Source: Parasitella parasitica NRRL 2501
Taxonomy: Eukaryota > Fungi > Mucoromycota
Assembly: GCA_025201805.1 (NCBI GenBank)
Contig: MU619345.1
Span: 1 to 64,000, forward strand
Length of the DNA stretch: 64,000 nucleotides
Direction of reading: 5' to 3'
Shown here piece after piece: positions 25,283-38,941 of this stretch. The notes under the pieces are model-generated. The model was not told the DNA's origin. It did no database searches and worked only from the letters and a program-made list of their open reading frames with translations. How positions within the stretch are numbered: position 1 is the first letter of the stretch; each line of letters begins with the position of its first letter. Both the position numbers and the translations under genes were made by a program.

Positions 25283-26389
25283 ATCAGAAAGATGATAAGT
25301 TTTTTTTTTTAAAAAAAAAAAAAAAATTGTTCACACTATTAAGTCTCCTTTTAGCTGACACAGACTAAGCATTGGCCAATGAATCAAGTGTCAACCATCA
25401 AGAATAGCCATCTCATCAGAGTTTCCAATGTTGTAGTGCTTAAATTATTTCTGACCGATGCAAATTTCATCATCTTTTAAGTATAGTATCCTTTCAACAT
25501 TTATGATTTGAGATTCTTAAAATTTCATTGGACTTTAATATTGTTTGCATATCTTCTACTGCCTTAAATAGCGAGAAGGGTATGATTTTTATCCCGTGAA
25601 TATCACATGCAAAGCTACTTGACAAGCTTAGAAGGATGTGTAAAAGTGATATTTCCTCACAGAAAATATGAGCCAACATTGTTACCATGTCTTTGGAAAT
25701 ATCCTATCAAAATAACTTGAGCGGGCAGCTGTCATTCACCTCAATTGCGCTCGTAAACCATTTTAAATGTTTTCAATGTTAAATGTAGAGAAGGTATTCT
25801 AAACATATTGACTTTTTGAACAAAAAAATGCTTTTGCAAATGAAGAATTCCTCATTAGACTCTCCCATGAAACATTTTTTTAGTATAATCGTTTATTGGA
25901 GCAAAAAGAAATAGCTCTTGAGCTATTTTCTATGTTTGTAATAGGAAAAAAAGATATCCTGAGATCTGGAAGCAAAGGGTAACATTCAAAACAGATAAAC
26001 TTAGGTATCAAGCAGAAATAGTCTTAAAATTAGGGGTTTTAAACTGCATATTGAAAAACTTCTTCTGCTCAGGGACAAGAAGCAAACAAATGTTGAGCTA
26101 AACTACATTAAAGTGCAGTGGACAAGGTAAATTAACCATTTTCTATTCATTCTTTGATCTCATCAAAGTATTATCGAAGTGTCCTAAAATTAAGATGTTA
26201 AAATTTTTGAATTTATTTCACAGATTACCGTATATAAAAGATAAAAAAAGATAGAAGTGAATTACCCTCAAGTAATCGAAAAGGGAAGGATGAGGAGGGG
26301 GGGGGGGGAATACTACTGTACGTTATTAAAAAAGAATATGCAGAAAATAAGGAGGTTTTTTGTTTTTGTTTTTGTATTATTGTTATAAT

Positions 26390-29300
26390 TTACTCTAAAC
26401 TACGAACTGAACCAGATGCAAATGAACGATTATCATTATGCTTGGAAGAACGAGAATGCATAGTATTAGATCTTTCATTAGAATTCCAGGGCACACGTTC
26501 ATTTCCTGCAACATAGACTGAAGGAACTGCATTCTCACCACCTCCCATGTATCTTTCACGAGTGGCAGGATTAAAGAACAAGAAACCAAAAATGTCATCG
26601 GGAATGAGACGGATCACAACACCAATTGGCAAAGACAAGAAGCCAATAACAATAGCGATAGCCCAGTGAGCACCATCTAAGGCAATGACTTGGAAAGCAG
26701 GACCACCAAATTGAACAATGACCACCTGACCAAGTACACAGATAAAGAAGATGGCAATAAAGAACTTGTTAGCAAGGATGTTTGTAAATATATTGATATT
26801 GCTATCAATTCTGCGACAACTATAGGATATAATTGTTAGTTATACATAATACATACGAGTAAATAAATGCCAACTTACTTGATTTCGTTAAAGATTTGAC
26901 AGAATACAAAGGTATTAAAGACCACGGTTTGCAATACGGCGCTATCAGTAGAATAATTGAGGACATTGCTATACAGAAGCACAAGAGTGACAACCAATTG
27001 GAAGATAGCTTGACCGATAATCATTTTCCACATCTTGAAGGTAATCAATGGGGCAGAACGAGGTTCAGGTCGACGGTTCAATAATTCTTCGGTAGGAGGA
27101 TCGGTAGCTAAAGCGAGAGCAGCAAATGTGTCCATGATCAAGTTGACCCACAACAATTGTACAGCGGTCAATACAGATTTCTGCTCAGTACTAGCAACAG
27201 CCGAGATAAAGGTCAAAATAACAGCTACAATATTAACGGTAATTTGGAATTCCAAAAATTTCTTGACAGCGTCGTTTACACATCGACCCCACATAATAGC
27301 CTTGACAATACTTGAAAAGTTGTCATCCATAAGAATAATACTTGAGGCTTCCTTGGCAACTTCTGTACCAGCAATACCCATAGAGAAACCCACATCGGCC
27401 ATTTTCAAGGCAGGACCGTCGTTAGTACCATCACCAGTTACGGCAACGATATCGCCCAATTCACGGAGACGACTAACAAGGATTCGCTTGTCTTCAGGAC
27501 TGGAACGAGCCAACACTTGCAAACGGGGAAGCACATTATCCATTTCAGAGGGAGGTAGTTTTCTAAATGTAGGTCCTTCCATGACAATGCCACCAGGAGT
27601 ATAGATACCACATTGCTTAGCAATGCTCTTTGCAGTGACGACGTTGTCACCAGTGACCATACGAACAAATACACCTGCACGTTGACATGCTTGTACAGCT
27701 TCAGGAACACCTTCACGAAGGGGATCTTCAATACCAACAACACCAAGGAAAGTAAGGCCATTGTCTTCCACAATATCTTCATAGGGCACATCGTCATCCG
27801 CGTTTTGGCTAGGTCCCTTGGGGGGCCATTGAGCGAAATCACGATAGGCAATACCGATAGTACGAAGACTCTTGGTAGCGTAGCTTTGGATAATACGTTC
27901 AATTCGACTTTCATCGTCTTGAGTTAATTCACGAGTATTGGCGCCGCTATAGTCATCATTTGATACAGGAGCAGAAGCCTTTTGTAACGTTAAGATTTTA
28001 GAGCAGAGGCTGAGGATGATTTCAGATGCACCTTTTACATGCACTCGGTACATGACTTGTTCAGGATCTGTAGGATGAGGGATCTGTAGCACAGTAGCCA
28101 TGGCCTTTCGTTCAGAGCTGAAAGGATAGACTTGCTGAATTGGCCAACGAGATCTTAAAGTGTCGTAGTGTTCAGCTTTGATATCACGAGAGAATTGTAA
28201 AAGAGCAGTTTCGGTCTTGTTTCCTACAAAGCAGGGCTCGCCCTTTTCGTTTTCACCTTCAAAAGCGTTTGAATTGACAGCGATAGACTGGTTTATAATA
28301 TTGAGGACTTCCTTGGGCGCAGTTGCAGCTACGTCTTTGATATTAATGAGATCGGACCGAGATGCAGGTGGGTTACTGATAAAGCGGAAGGATGAACCAA
28401 ATGTACCAGCAACAACCGTCATTTTGTTTTGAGTCAATGTGCCAGTCTTATCAGAGCATACAGTAGTGGCATTTCCCATAGTTTCACATGCAGCCAGCAC
28501 ACGCACCAAGTTGTTATCTTTGAGCATACGCTGAGTTGCATAAGCCAGAGCTAAAAATACATGCATTAGTTAGTAAATAGTTCTATGCGTGTAGAGAAGA
28601 GTCTCTGTTACGTACCCAATGTCACAGCTAATGGCAAGCCTTCAGGGACAGCAACGACGACAATGGTTACCACAACAATCAGGATCTTCATGATATCCAT
28701 GACGATGGTGGTTGGTTGGTCAGGAACGCCGTCTTTCCAGGTAACAAAGTAACGGATCAACAATACAATCAACATGAGCAAACCGGCAGCAGAACCCAAT
28801 TTAGCAATCAGTTCAGCTAGGGCATTCAGCTTTTCTTGCAAGGGAGTGCTTTCAGGTTCAGTGCGAAGAGCCATCATCGTGCGACCGTAATAGGAATTTT
28901 CACCTACACTTGTCACAAGATAAGTACAGACGCCTTCCAGTACCTTGGAGCCAGAAATGATGAAAGGATCGGGGGTCGACTTGTGCTCGGTGACAACAGG
29001 AGTCTTGTGTTTGAGACCCGATTCTGATGAAGACGAGGAATCGGTGGTAGCAGCAGTGTTGTTGTACTCCTTTGAAGCAGCAGTAGCGAGTCTTTCGCAC
29101 ATTTGCCAATTTTGCTTGCGGACAGCATCTGACTCTCCTGTGGCAGCAGATTCGTCGCATTTGAGATTATGACCTTCAATAAAGATACCATCGACAGGGA
29201 CGATGTCTCCTGGCTCAAGGTGGAGGATGTCGCCGACTTGGATGTCATGGACAGAGATCATGCTAACAGTAGCCTCACGGGTTGCCTATGTTTGCAAGTG

Positions 29301-30133
29301 TTAATACGCTTTTGTGTTTGCTTTCTACATGATTGTTTGTTTACCTTGACAGCGCGATCTTCTTTCTTTGCATTCAGTTTACGGAATTGTTTTTCCTTTT
29401 GATAGTCATTGACACTGCCGACAAGAACGACGAGCAAAATGGCTACAATAATAGCGACTCCTTCGACCCACTTGACGCCAGGGATGCGGTGTCCAAAGGT
29501 GTCGAACTCTGGTACGGCAATGTCTTCGTATAAGCCGACACCCAGCGAAACCACGGCAGCAATAGCCAACAGAATCAGGGTCTTGTCTTGGAATGCAATC
29601 CACATCAACGCAAAGATGCTCTTTGACTTGGATTCAGGAAGCACATTGGCACCAAACACAGCTTTTCTCTGGGGAAATGCGGATGCATCAGGGACAGGCA
29701 CGGTAGTGTCTGTTCTATGTGTCAATTGGCGGCCGCCCAATGAATGGACGGTGGGGGTTCTCTTGAACTCGACTTCTTCTACGTAGACAGAGTCATCCTT
29801 GTCTCTAATTACTTGGGTCAGCGAGATGTTTTGATGAGATGGTGCATTGGGTGTGAGGCCAGATGCAAGGTCGACATGAAGACCACGGGCGACGCCTTCA
29901 AGGCCGCCGTAAGAACGTAGCAAAGGCACGTTTTTAGGGTCCATTAGAGATGAAAGTTGTTCGGGGACAAATGCGAACGGATTGGACGGATCGTTGTGAG
30001 GTGTAAGGTTGTCTCGAAGATCGATCTTCACATCATCGGTCACCACTTTCTCATCCAAGACTGTAGATGAGTGTGTTGCAATGAGTGTTGGATCTTCGCT
30101 GGTCAAATTGATATGTTGGTGTTGATTTGACAT
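26390..30133 (-). CDS. PMC1: P2B-type Ca2+-ATPase (PMCA/Pmc1)
   Basis: VAVPEGLPLAVT; CSDKTGTLT phosphorylation motif; TGES; KGASE; MVTGD; AVTGDGTNDGPALK; QLLWVNLIMD; 3 introns. Confidence 0.97.
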
Positions 30134-31017
30134 TGCGCGCTTTTTTTTTTATTGTTATTTTAAAAAAAAGTGTAAAGTATCCCTTGGTTGTCTATATGCT
30201 GTGAAATGTTCTATTATACAATTTTACTAAAGATATAAAAAGAAGAAAAGAAAGAGGGAAAAGAGAGGTCAAACGAGATCAGTCAAAAAACGGCTTTGGT
30301 TTTATGCTTGAAAATCTAGGTTGGATTCAAGGAGTTGAATCAAGGATGTCATGGTATAAACTTCATTGATTATACGGGGTTAAATGAGTGGACACAGCAA
30401 AGCAAGCAAGCAAATCTATGTAGAACTTTCCTGCAGATTAAAACTTCTTTTGTTTATAATGGGTTGCATTAGAAGCAGATGATCAGCACATCTGTATGCT
30501 GGTTTTTAGTTAGCATGCCTTTTTGTTCTTCTATTTTTTATTTTTTTTTTGCGGGTGGATGCTGACTCTTTCACAAAAATACTATATATGCATAGTTTCT
30601 ATTCAATCTATGCAATTCCCATCACCACCGAAATTTTGTTCTCCAGACATGGAAAAAAAGGGGGAGGAGGACCATAAGAGGTGTGGCATCTTTATAAACA
30701 GCGCCCTTAAAAATACGTAGAGATATCTACAAATTTCCTCTCCCCCCCCCCTTGGATCCCCTGGCTGCTGCAAGTCGAAATAAACCATAAATAAAATAAT
30801 GAAAATCCCTTTTTGAAGAGAGAGCGAGAGTTGGACGTGAAGGAATGTCTTTGTCTGTAATACGGTTCTGATCTGGCCACACTGAGTCCCAATTTCATTT
30901 TGGTAGCATTGTTATTATTATGGTTGCCATTTTAGGACGAAAAGAATGCCTTAACAAGTTGAATTTCTAATTGCAATAATTCATTTTTTTCTCTTGAATA
31001 CTATACAATCAATTAGA

Positions 31018-31681
31018 ATGGCACCTATAGTAAGTTGATGTTGGAATACCACGTTGGATCCTCCGTTAAGCTGTTTAATTAGAATAAAAGACGTCAAAAC
31101 TCAAATGTGTTTGCCATGTTTGATAAATCGCAAGTTATGGAGTTCAAAGATGCATTCAGCATCATGGACACCAACAGCGATGGGCTGATAGATATGGCCG
31201 ATTTAAAGTTGACGTTTGATAGATTAGGTAAGAGAGCAGAAAAAATGTGTAGAAAGATGGGAATCAAGGGAGAAATGCGCATACTCACGGCCAAAATGTA
31301 ACATTCAAACAGGACAACCTGCTACAGACCAAGAAATCAGATCCATGATGGGAGAGGCCACAGGCCCAATCAATTTTACTGTATTCTTGACACTTATGGC
31401 AGACAAATTAGCAGATACAGACCCTGAAAATACCATCCTGAAGGCATTTTCTACTTTTGTTGATGGAAACGGAAAAATCAATGCAAACTATTTACGAGAG
31501 TGTATGACGACCATGGGCGATAGATTCACTGATGAGGAGGTAATTTATAAGCTCGAGTATGTCTGTAGGGTTCCTAATAGAGCTGTTCCAGGTTGACATC
31601 ATGTTTAAAGGTGCTGTGGTTGATGAGGATGGCAACTTTAATTACAGAGATTTCGTCCGTATTCTGAAACATGGAGAGTAA
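31018..31681 (+). CDS. Myosin II regulatory light chain (EF-hand), 4 exons
   Basis: MAPI|[25 protein letters not shown]; EF-hand DTNSDGLIDMADL; GPINFTVFLT; TTMGDRFTDEEVD; ends ILKHGE*. Confidence 0.92.
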
Positions 31682-32401
31682 ATGCTTACATAGCAAGAAG
31701 ATTATACCTCAATATTTTGTCAATAGCTGTACATAGTATCACGCATCAAACATGCACTCCTGCTCTTTCTCTCTCTTCTTTTTGCTATATCTTTCTTTAT
31801 AACAATAAATCAGCTTTTTTGTTTTGATGATATACAACAACATTTCGCATACATCTGCAAACAAAAGGCAAAAAAAAAAAAAACGCTACTCCTATTCTTA
31901 TCAATATTTCATGGTTGGCAGATCTTCGAAAAGATTCCTCAGAGAGGGGCTATCTTTACATGCAATTCATCTTATGCAATGCAGACAAAAAAACATAGAA
32001 AATCTCTATTATTATTATTTGTAAACTCGAGAGTGTCCTGAATCCACAAAGTTTTCACGTATTCGCATTTGTAGAGTACATGTATACATTATTACAATTT
32101 ACGTAATCCATACACTTGTATATACGATATAAGATTCACTCTGTAGCTAATGAACGGAAATATAGATGAAAATAGGTTTGATGATTGACACTGTGCATTT
32201 TTGTGTGTATGATGATTTTCTGAAATAGATACTTAGGAGAAATTATACAAATCAAGCAAACATATTCTTTTTGGCAAGAATTCCCCTAAAAATCATATCA
32301 TTGCACACTTGATACAATCGTATGACATTCAACCAAGTGCTATTTAATATGTACTATAGATAACATCATATGGAACGAACCCATATTTTTTTTTTTTTTT
32401 T

Positions 32402-32416
32402 NNNNNNNNNNNNNNN
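32402..32416. other. Assembly gap (15 N) next to poly(T)
   Basis: N run. Confidence 1.
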
Positions 32417-32648
32417 AATGGTCATTAATGATTATGCCTGCAGCACCGATAACGAAAAAAAAAAGAAATACTCTAATTGTCAATTGATGTCTTGTCAGTT
32501 GATTCTAATTAATTGAAATATATGCTAAAAGCGCTATATATGTGGCGGTGGCGGTTTAAGAGACAAGGGATAATTAAATTCACAGACTACTACAGGGTTT
32601 ATTAAATGTGTGTCTCTGGGCAGATTCATCTGTATGTTCACAACTTGA

Positions 32649-35600
32649 CTATTGTGTATCTTGCAATGCAGATAGCATCTTCTTCCACGGATATGCTTCA
32701 TCATACTCATCTTTTGGCATGCTATCTATACATTTCAGTAGGGCTTTGTATGCTTTTCTATAATCCTGTTTCTTCACATGATATTTCCAAGCTACTTTTG
32801 GCAGATTACCCAGGTTTGAAAAGAATGTTTCTGCAAATTCTGGATACAGGCCGCAAAAGTACCATGCGTCCTCATGACCAATCTCTCCCATTAACTGCTC
32901 AAAGAACGGGTATCCATAGTGATCAATGTATGACTCACTGTGCTTTTTGAACTCTTCCGGAGACGACATCAATTTTGGAATTGAAGCGACAATTTGGGAG
33001 ATATCGCCATACTTGTCAGCAAGATCTACAATCGTTTGAAAAGAACCAACACGACGCAACCCTTCAAATGCCGCTTCTTTGATAGCACTGTACTTTTCTA
33101 TGTCAGGTTGCTTGCTGTAAATGTCCAGCAAAAGCGATGCTGAGTCTTGCAATTTGCGCTTTTCGTCATCTGCGCATGGTGCAGTTGAAGTGCTGTTGCT
33201 GATTTGTTTGACTTTTTGATTAAAGATATCAACAAGATGCTCACATGCCTGAACTATACAAGTCGTTTTTTGTTAATAGTTTGATGCATCGCGCTTTTTA
33301 GTGTTGTTGGAATTACCAGAAAAGTGATTTTCAGTCGGTATATGTAGATCATATCGACGCATATTTTTCTCTTCAAATGATCTGCATTTTTGAATAATCC
33401 TCTAAGCAACAGTTTTAGCGCACAAATTAGTACACAAAATATATACCTACAGGTATAATATCGTCTGCACAGATTGTCGCTTGATTGGCAGCAATTTGAG
33501 CGAGGAATTCCTTGATTTTGTAAATCTAACAAACCTGTATTTTAGTGCACATGCATACAAACAAACATTGTTCATACATGATCTCTCAGCAAATGCTCTA
33601 GTTGTGATTTCCCACCGAGTTCCGTTCCTACTACTGTTTGGCTGATTTGTGCTGCATTGCTTATCCATTTCAAGTCGCTGGATCTACACAGATATATCAG
33701 TAAACAATTCATGAAAATAGCGTTTCAAGAAATAGGCTCACTTTTCTTGAACAATTTTCCATATCTGCTTGGCTAGGTAGTATAATTCAAGCAGTTCAAA
33801 TAATCGAGATTTCTGCTCGCTAGAAAGCTATTTATACAAACATATCAGCAAGTCTGCACTACTACCTTCCAAATAGACATTACCAAATGGTCAAGCATAT
33901 GATCTTGCAGCATTTTGTACAAGTGGTTTTGGAAGTAGAATCTGGATTCAATGAAAGATATTTCAGAATCTAATGACTTTGGTAAAAATGGACATCTTTC
34001 TTCAAGTATATCGTTTGTCACCTCCATGATGACTGACCCAACGTCCTCATTGTGTTCTACCACAAGAGGAAATCGTAACGGTGACTAATAAAGGGACGGG
34101 AATAGTTGAGCTTATTGATGACGGACACATGATGGGCTTTATAAATTACCTCTTTGTATACGCCAAAGAAGAGCGCTTGTTCCAGTCTTGATTTAAACAC
34201 CATTGTGTCTCGCTCTAGCTGTACGATTTTTTGTTAGTACAAGTATTCTATCATACATAACATGACTGAAGAGAGCTCACGATATTATCAACAATACTAG
34301 CGTAGATGTTTCTATATATAATATGTGCAATTAGCGTATATCTAATGTGGACCATGTGTGTCGGTCTACGCACCCTGTTGTTCTGGATTCCAGAATTTCG
34401 TCTTTATCTACTTGGAATTCAAGAATGTCGCTCTTTGCTGTTACCACCATAGCCGAAGCCAGATTATCGGCTGTTTCCACCATGCTGACAGATAAAATAG
34501 CATCGCTCTTATCCTTCAATACAAGCGATTCTTCAAATACCGAGTGCTTACTTAACGATCTTGCGACTACAGTGTCAGCAAAGGATACAAATGCAATGTC
34601 ATTTGTGATGATCAATTGAGGGGGTTCTGACTGAGGTGAATGTAGTTCAGAGTAAGGTAAGGATACTGTGTGTTTGGCGTACATGTTCACAGAGTTGTTG
34701 CTGTCGTATTCAATGTCGAATTTGATTATTGCATACTGCAAGAATTCGCTGATTTCAGGCACAGTGTACGAGACGAGTAGGGCTAGTTGCTCCTTACTAT
34801 AAAAAATATCAGTAAAAACACACATGCGCTTTGTAGAAAAAAAAAACGCCATTTTACACTTTGATATCCATGTTCACAATTTCGCATTGAAGTGTATATT
34901 TCGTCACATTGGATGGTACATGAGGTAAAATGCAGTCGACAATGTCATTTTGAAGGTGGATATAAGAAACCAGCTGTTTGCGTTAAGTCAGTAACATGTG
35001 CGTATTGTGGTGTGCACAACGTTTGCTTACCTCTGCCTGTGTCTCGGTGTCAATTTTCCACAAACATACACTGTGCTGGCAGCAAATATAACACATGTTT
35101 TCGACTACGCTAATGTTCACAATAGGCCCAGTTTCGTCGACTGTGGGTAATGTATAATCTGGTGTATTTGGCAAGAGCTGACGGTAAGAGGCAAGCACGA
35201 AATCTAGCACTGTAGAGATGCGTTCCTTGTAGAGTGGCGTTGCCTGATTTGCAGTGGAGGATACGTTGAGTAAATAAAGTTGGCCTGTTGATGACCCTAT
35301 CAATACTAGATCTGCATTAATCCACTTGACAGCTGTTGTGCGCTCGTGGTGTCGATACAAGGAAACCCTATAAGATGCTTCGGCATGTTGATCACTGCTA
35401 TTTACAAAGAGGTGTACCCAGCCTCGGCCATCTACAGTAATGATTTTGATTACTTGTCTATCGTTGTTGTCAGTGTGCTCAAATACATTGAGTAATGGAA
35501 CTGTGGTTTCACGATAGGGTTTTTGTGAGGTTGGATATGTAGCGAATAAGCTGGATTTCTGTGCAAAATTGGTTATTGCTATTAGGCATATGCTTTTTTG

Positions 35601-36001
35601 CATGAGCTCATTTTACCTTTGAGTGCAAGTAGAGATGCGTAGCAGTCAAAAGGACCATGTACTCTTGCTGTAGATTGACCGCTACGCGAAGGCGATTAGC
35701 TGGCTCTAATCAACAAGGAAGAAAGTAGGATTAATTATACTACATTGTCATAACAAGATGTTGTGCGTCACTTACGCTGATCAATTGTCTCTTGGTAAAT
35801 CTCGGGAAGTCTGCAGTTCACAGTTATTTGGAAAGCCTTCGATTTGCTTAGGACGAAAGGGTCAAACCAATCCACTGTGTAAGAAATGGTTGTGCTCTTT
35901 TGCTTGTCGTGGAACAGTACTCGGTTGTCGACAATAGCTTTGCTCTCCAGCGTTGGCTCTCTTCTCGTTTCAAGCAGAGCCGCTGATTTGGACTTTGTCA
36001 T
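32649..36001 (-). CDS. NUP133: Nucleoporin Nup133 (beta-propeller plus helical stack), multi-exon
   Basis: Beta-rich N-terminal half; FKSRLEQALFFG; LADKYGDISQIV; YIDHYGYPFFEQL; VAWKYHVKKQDYRKAYKAL. Includes a 16-nt micro-exon at 34281-34296. Confidence 0.75.
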
Positions 36002-36078
36002 AGAATTAGGGTAAAAAGGTAGAGAAAAAGAAGCGTATTTTATTATTTGATTGCATGTATCATGTAGGACTGCCCAAC

Positions 36079-37876
36079 TCATGATTGGCCTTCTGCCTTG
36101 ATCTTCTTTTTGTTGTCCTTGCTGTTTTTAAAGAAGTTTGTGATTTGGCCGTTGGTAGCAGCAGAAGGATAATGGCGCTTCCAGCTATCAAAGAGAGCCA
36201 TGGGCTTAGGATAATCTCTGCCAATTTGGCATTTGTACCTGACCTGATCTTCGTTGCTCATTAGCCACGGACAATGAACAAAATGTACAGGCAAATGCTG
36301 CAGCTCAGGGCACCAAAGTTTGATGTAATCGCCGTCTGGGTCATAATCTTTGCCTTGCTTTATGATATTGAAATGCCTGAAACCTTCGCGTGGATCACAG
36401 CCTACGCCCGCAACTAGCATGTAGTTTAAATCAGCAAAGGGATTTTACAAAAAGCCACTACTAAGTTACTTTACCGTATTGCCAATTACCATAGTTGGAG
36501 TACACATCATGGTCAACAAGTATTGATTCAAAGTATTCAGCGCCAATACGCCAGTCAATTTCGAGATCCTTGGAGAGATAACTAGCAACGTTTTGACGGC
36601 CACGATTGTTCAAGAAACCTGTGTACAGCAATTCTCTCATGCAAGCATCCACAAAGGGGGTGCCTGTTTGGCCAGCACACCATTTGTTAAAATGCTCGTC
36701 ATTTGATTTCCACACTTTGTCTTGGTAGCTGCTTTTGGGTTTGGCGTTCTCTTCTTGCAATTTGTCCATGTTTCTGAATCCATGCAACATAAATACTCTG
36801 GAACCGAATCCAGATACCAACAGCCTAAAGAAATCCCTCCACAAGAGCTCAAACTTGACCCAATACACGCCATCGTCATCACTAAAAGCCTTCACGCTGC
36901 GCTTTCTCTTCCTTTGCTTGTTGAACTTGTCCATCTGATGCCAAATTAGACGAGGGGATAGACATCCATGCGCCAAAAAAGCAGAAAATTTAGTTGAATA
37001 CTCTGTGCCAATCATGCCATTGCGCGTATGCTTGTAGTCGTCCACCCCTTGAGTCTTGAATACGTAGCTGTTGAGTCTATCCAGGGCTGATTGCTCACCG
37101 CCCTTCCAAGGATAGGCAGACCGGCTTTCCGGCTTGACGTGAATATCGCTGTACAGTTTTTCAAGATTCTCGTAGCCATCTTGTGCATGTTCGAAATTCC
37201 ATGCAGCCTTGGGGAATGCGGGTAACTGTTCGGGAATGACAAGTGGAGCTCTTACAGGGCTATCCATCTTTTCAATTCTCTTTCGGAAATGCGTATACAC
37301 CTTGTAAGTACGCTCACCAACGAAATCCAAGTCTTCTGGGTTAACCATCATTGTATCGTGGTAGTATCGAACCTTGCCCTTCATTGATTTTGATAACGCC
37401 TTTTCGATCAATAGCTCTTCATAAGCATACTAACAAGATGCTATTTAGACTTTATGGTTGTCTTGGCTTTCAATGCCAATGCTTACCTCTTTATTTGTGT
37501 GCAAACCCTCCAAATGATACTTTTTTGTTACTAGGTATTTTTCCAGCCTTGGGAACGCATCCTCTGGGGCTCCGAAAAGGATCATTAAGTCGCTGCCTCG
37601 TTTCACTAGCTGCTGTTTGAGATCCATGATGGACTCATAGTAAAACTTGGCACGGAAAGCCTTGACGCGATCAAGCTTGAAAAACCAAGTCTTTGGAGGA
37701 GCATAGGCGCCTTGATTTTCAAGGATATTGATATCAATCATACGAGGGTCAATGCAGACAACCGGTAAGATGTCAGCATCAGGTTTGGTTTTCATTGCAT
37801 AAAACAACGACTGGTTATCATGAACTCGCAATACATTACGAAAGAAACAGATTTGAATAGGTTTTGACGCTGTCAT
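36079..37876 (-). CDS. cryA: Cryptochrome DASH (photolyase family)
   Basis: FFRNVLRVHDNQSL; YKHTRNGMIGTEYSTKFSAFLAHGCLSPR; FELLWRDFFR; NRGRQNVASYL; NYGNWQYVAGVGCDPRE..FNIIKQGKDYDPDG. Confidence 0.95.
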
Positions 37877-38060
37877 TTTTAGTGTGATTTAGCAATATGA
37901 GAAAGTTATTCTGTCCTTTTCTCTCTTCTTTTTATAGCCAAGAACAAACAAGGATCGGATCACAAAATAGGCAGACACAAGCCGATGAAACTTTATGCTT
38001 CATCGATGAATGGCAGATTTTCATAGAAGAAAAAAATATGTGCATATTTTATCGTTTGCT

Positions 38061-38760
38061 TTAAAGCAATCTTAATGACTTTAATAGTCCTTCACTAGCT
38101 CTAGTTACTTGCTTAAAGTTGTGTTCAAAACCTTCGTCTCCACCATAGTAAGGATCTTCAATAATGCGTTCGCCTTGAGGATCGTATTCACCAAATAATT
38201 TGACAACTGCCTTTGAATCATGAGGAGCCAGGCTCTGTTGATGATAATTTACGTCAATGCCACTGAAATCCTTGACTGGTTTGCTTTTTACCTCTAAATC
38301 CCTCAAATTGGATTCATCCATGCAAAGAATATAGTCAAATGTATGAAAATCGGCCTTGGAAACCTGTTACCTGCGTAAATCAAGTGCAATATCCCACCAT
38401 CTTTCTCTTATATACCTGTCTGGCTTTATGGTTGACTGGGACGTGATGAGATTTGCACGTAGAAGAGCTACGGGCATCAGGGTTGCTTCCAACCTTTTTT
38501 TTTTTTTTTCCAATGGAGATTTAGCACAGCATCAATACAACATATAAAAGACTTACATGATACGAAGCAGTGCCTGCCGAATCAATCTTGGTGATTCTAT
38601 CCTGAAGCTTCTTTTCCTTTACTGTTTGGGCAAATACTGCCTCAGCCATGGGTGAACGACAAATGTTACCTTGGAAGCAGGGTTAGATGAACTCTCCCTT
38701 TCCGATGCTTTAATTCTTACCCAAACAGACAAATAGAACACTGATAGGTTCGCTAGACAT
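38061..38760 (-). CDS. LTP1: Low-molecular-weight protein tyrosine phosphatase
   Basis: VLFVCLG|NICRSPMAE P-loop split by an intron; IDSAGT; FDYILCMDESN; IIEDPYYG. Confidence 0.95.
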
Positions 38761-38871
38761 TTTTGATTGAGTTGATTAAGAAAGTTCAAGATAGAGCACG
38801 CGAGCGAATGCCGCAGATTTATAACTTGCAATTTGAAAACCGCACCGAAAAAAATTACTCGGTTGTGTGAG

Positions 38872-38941
38872 GCTAAAGTTGCCCAGATGTCTCAAGCTAA
38901 TTTGACCAGATGTCTAGAGCTTATTTGACCAAAGTTTCGAA
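38872..38941. repeat. Three imperfect tandem 23-24 bp repeats
   Basis: GCTAAAGTTGCCCAGATGTCTCAA / GCTAATTTGACCAGATGTCTAGA / GCTTATTTGACCAAAGTTTCGAA. Confidence 0.75.

Noticed and set aside
25486-25494. GTATCCTTT, matching a U12-type 5' splice site
   Set aside because: It is intergenic, and the introns I traced have U2-type donors.
30324-30341. GATTCAA-ggag-TTGAATC inverted repeat upstream of PMC1
   Set aside because: A single 7-bp stem is expected by chance in 64 kb.
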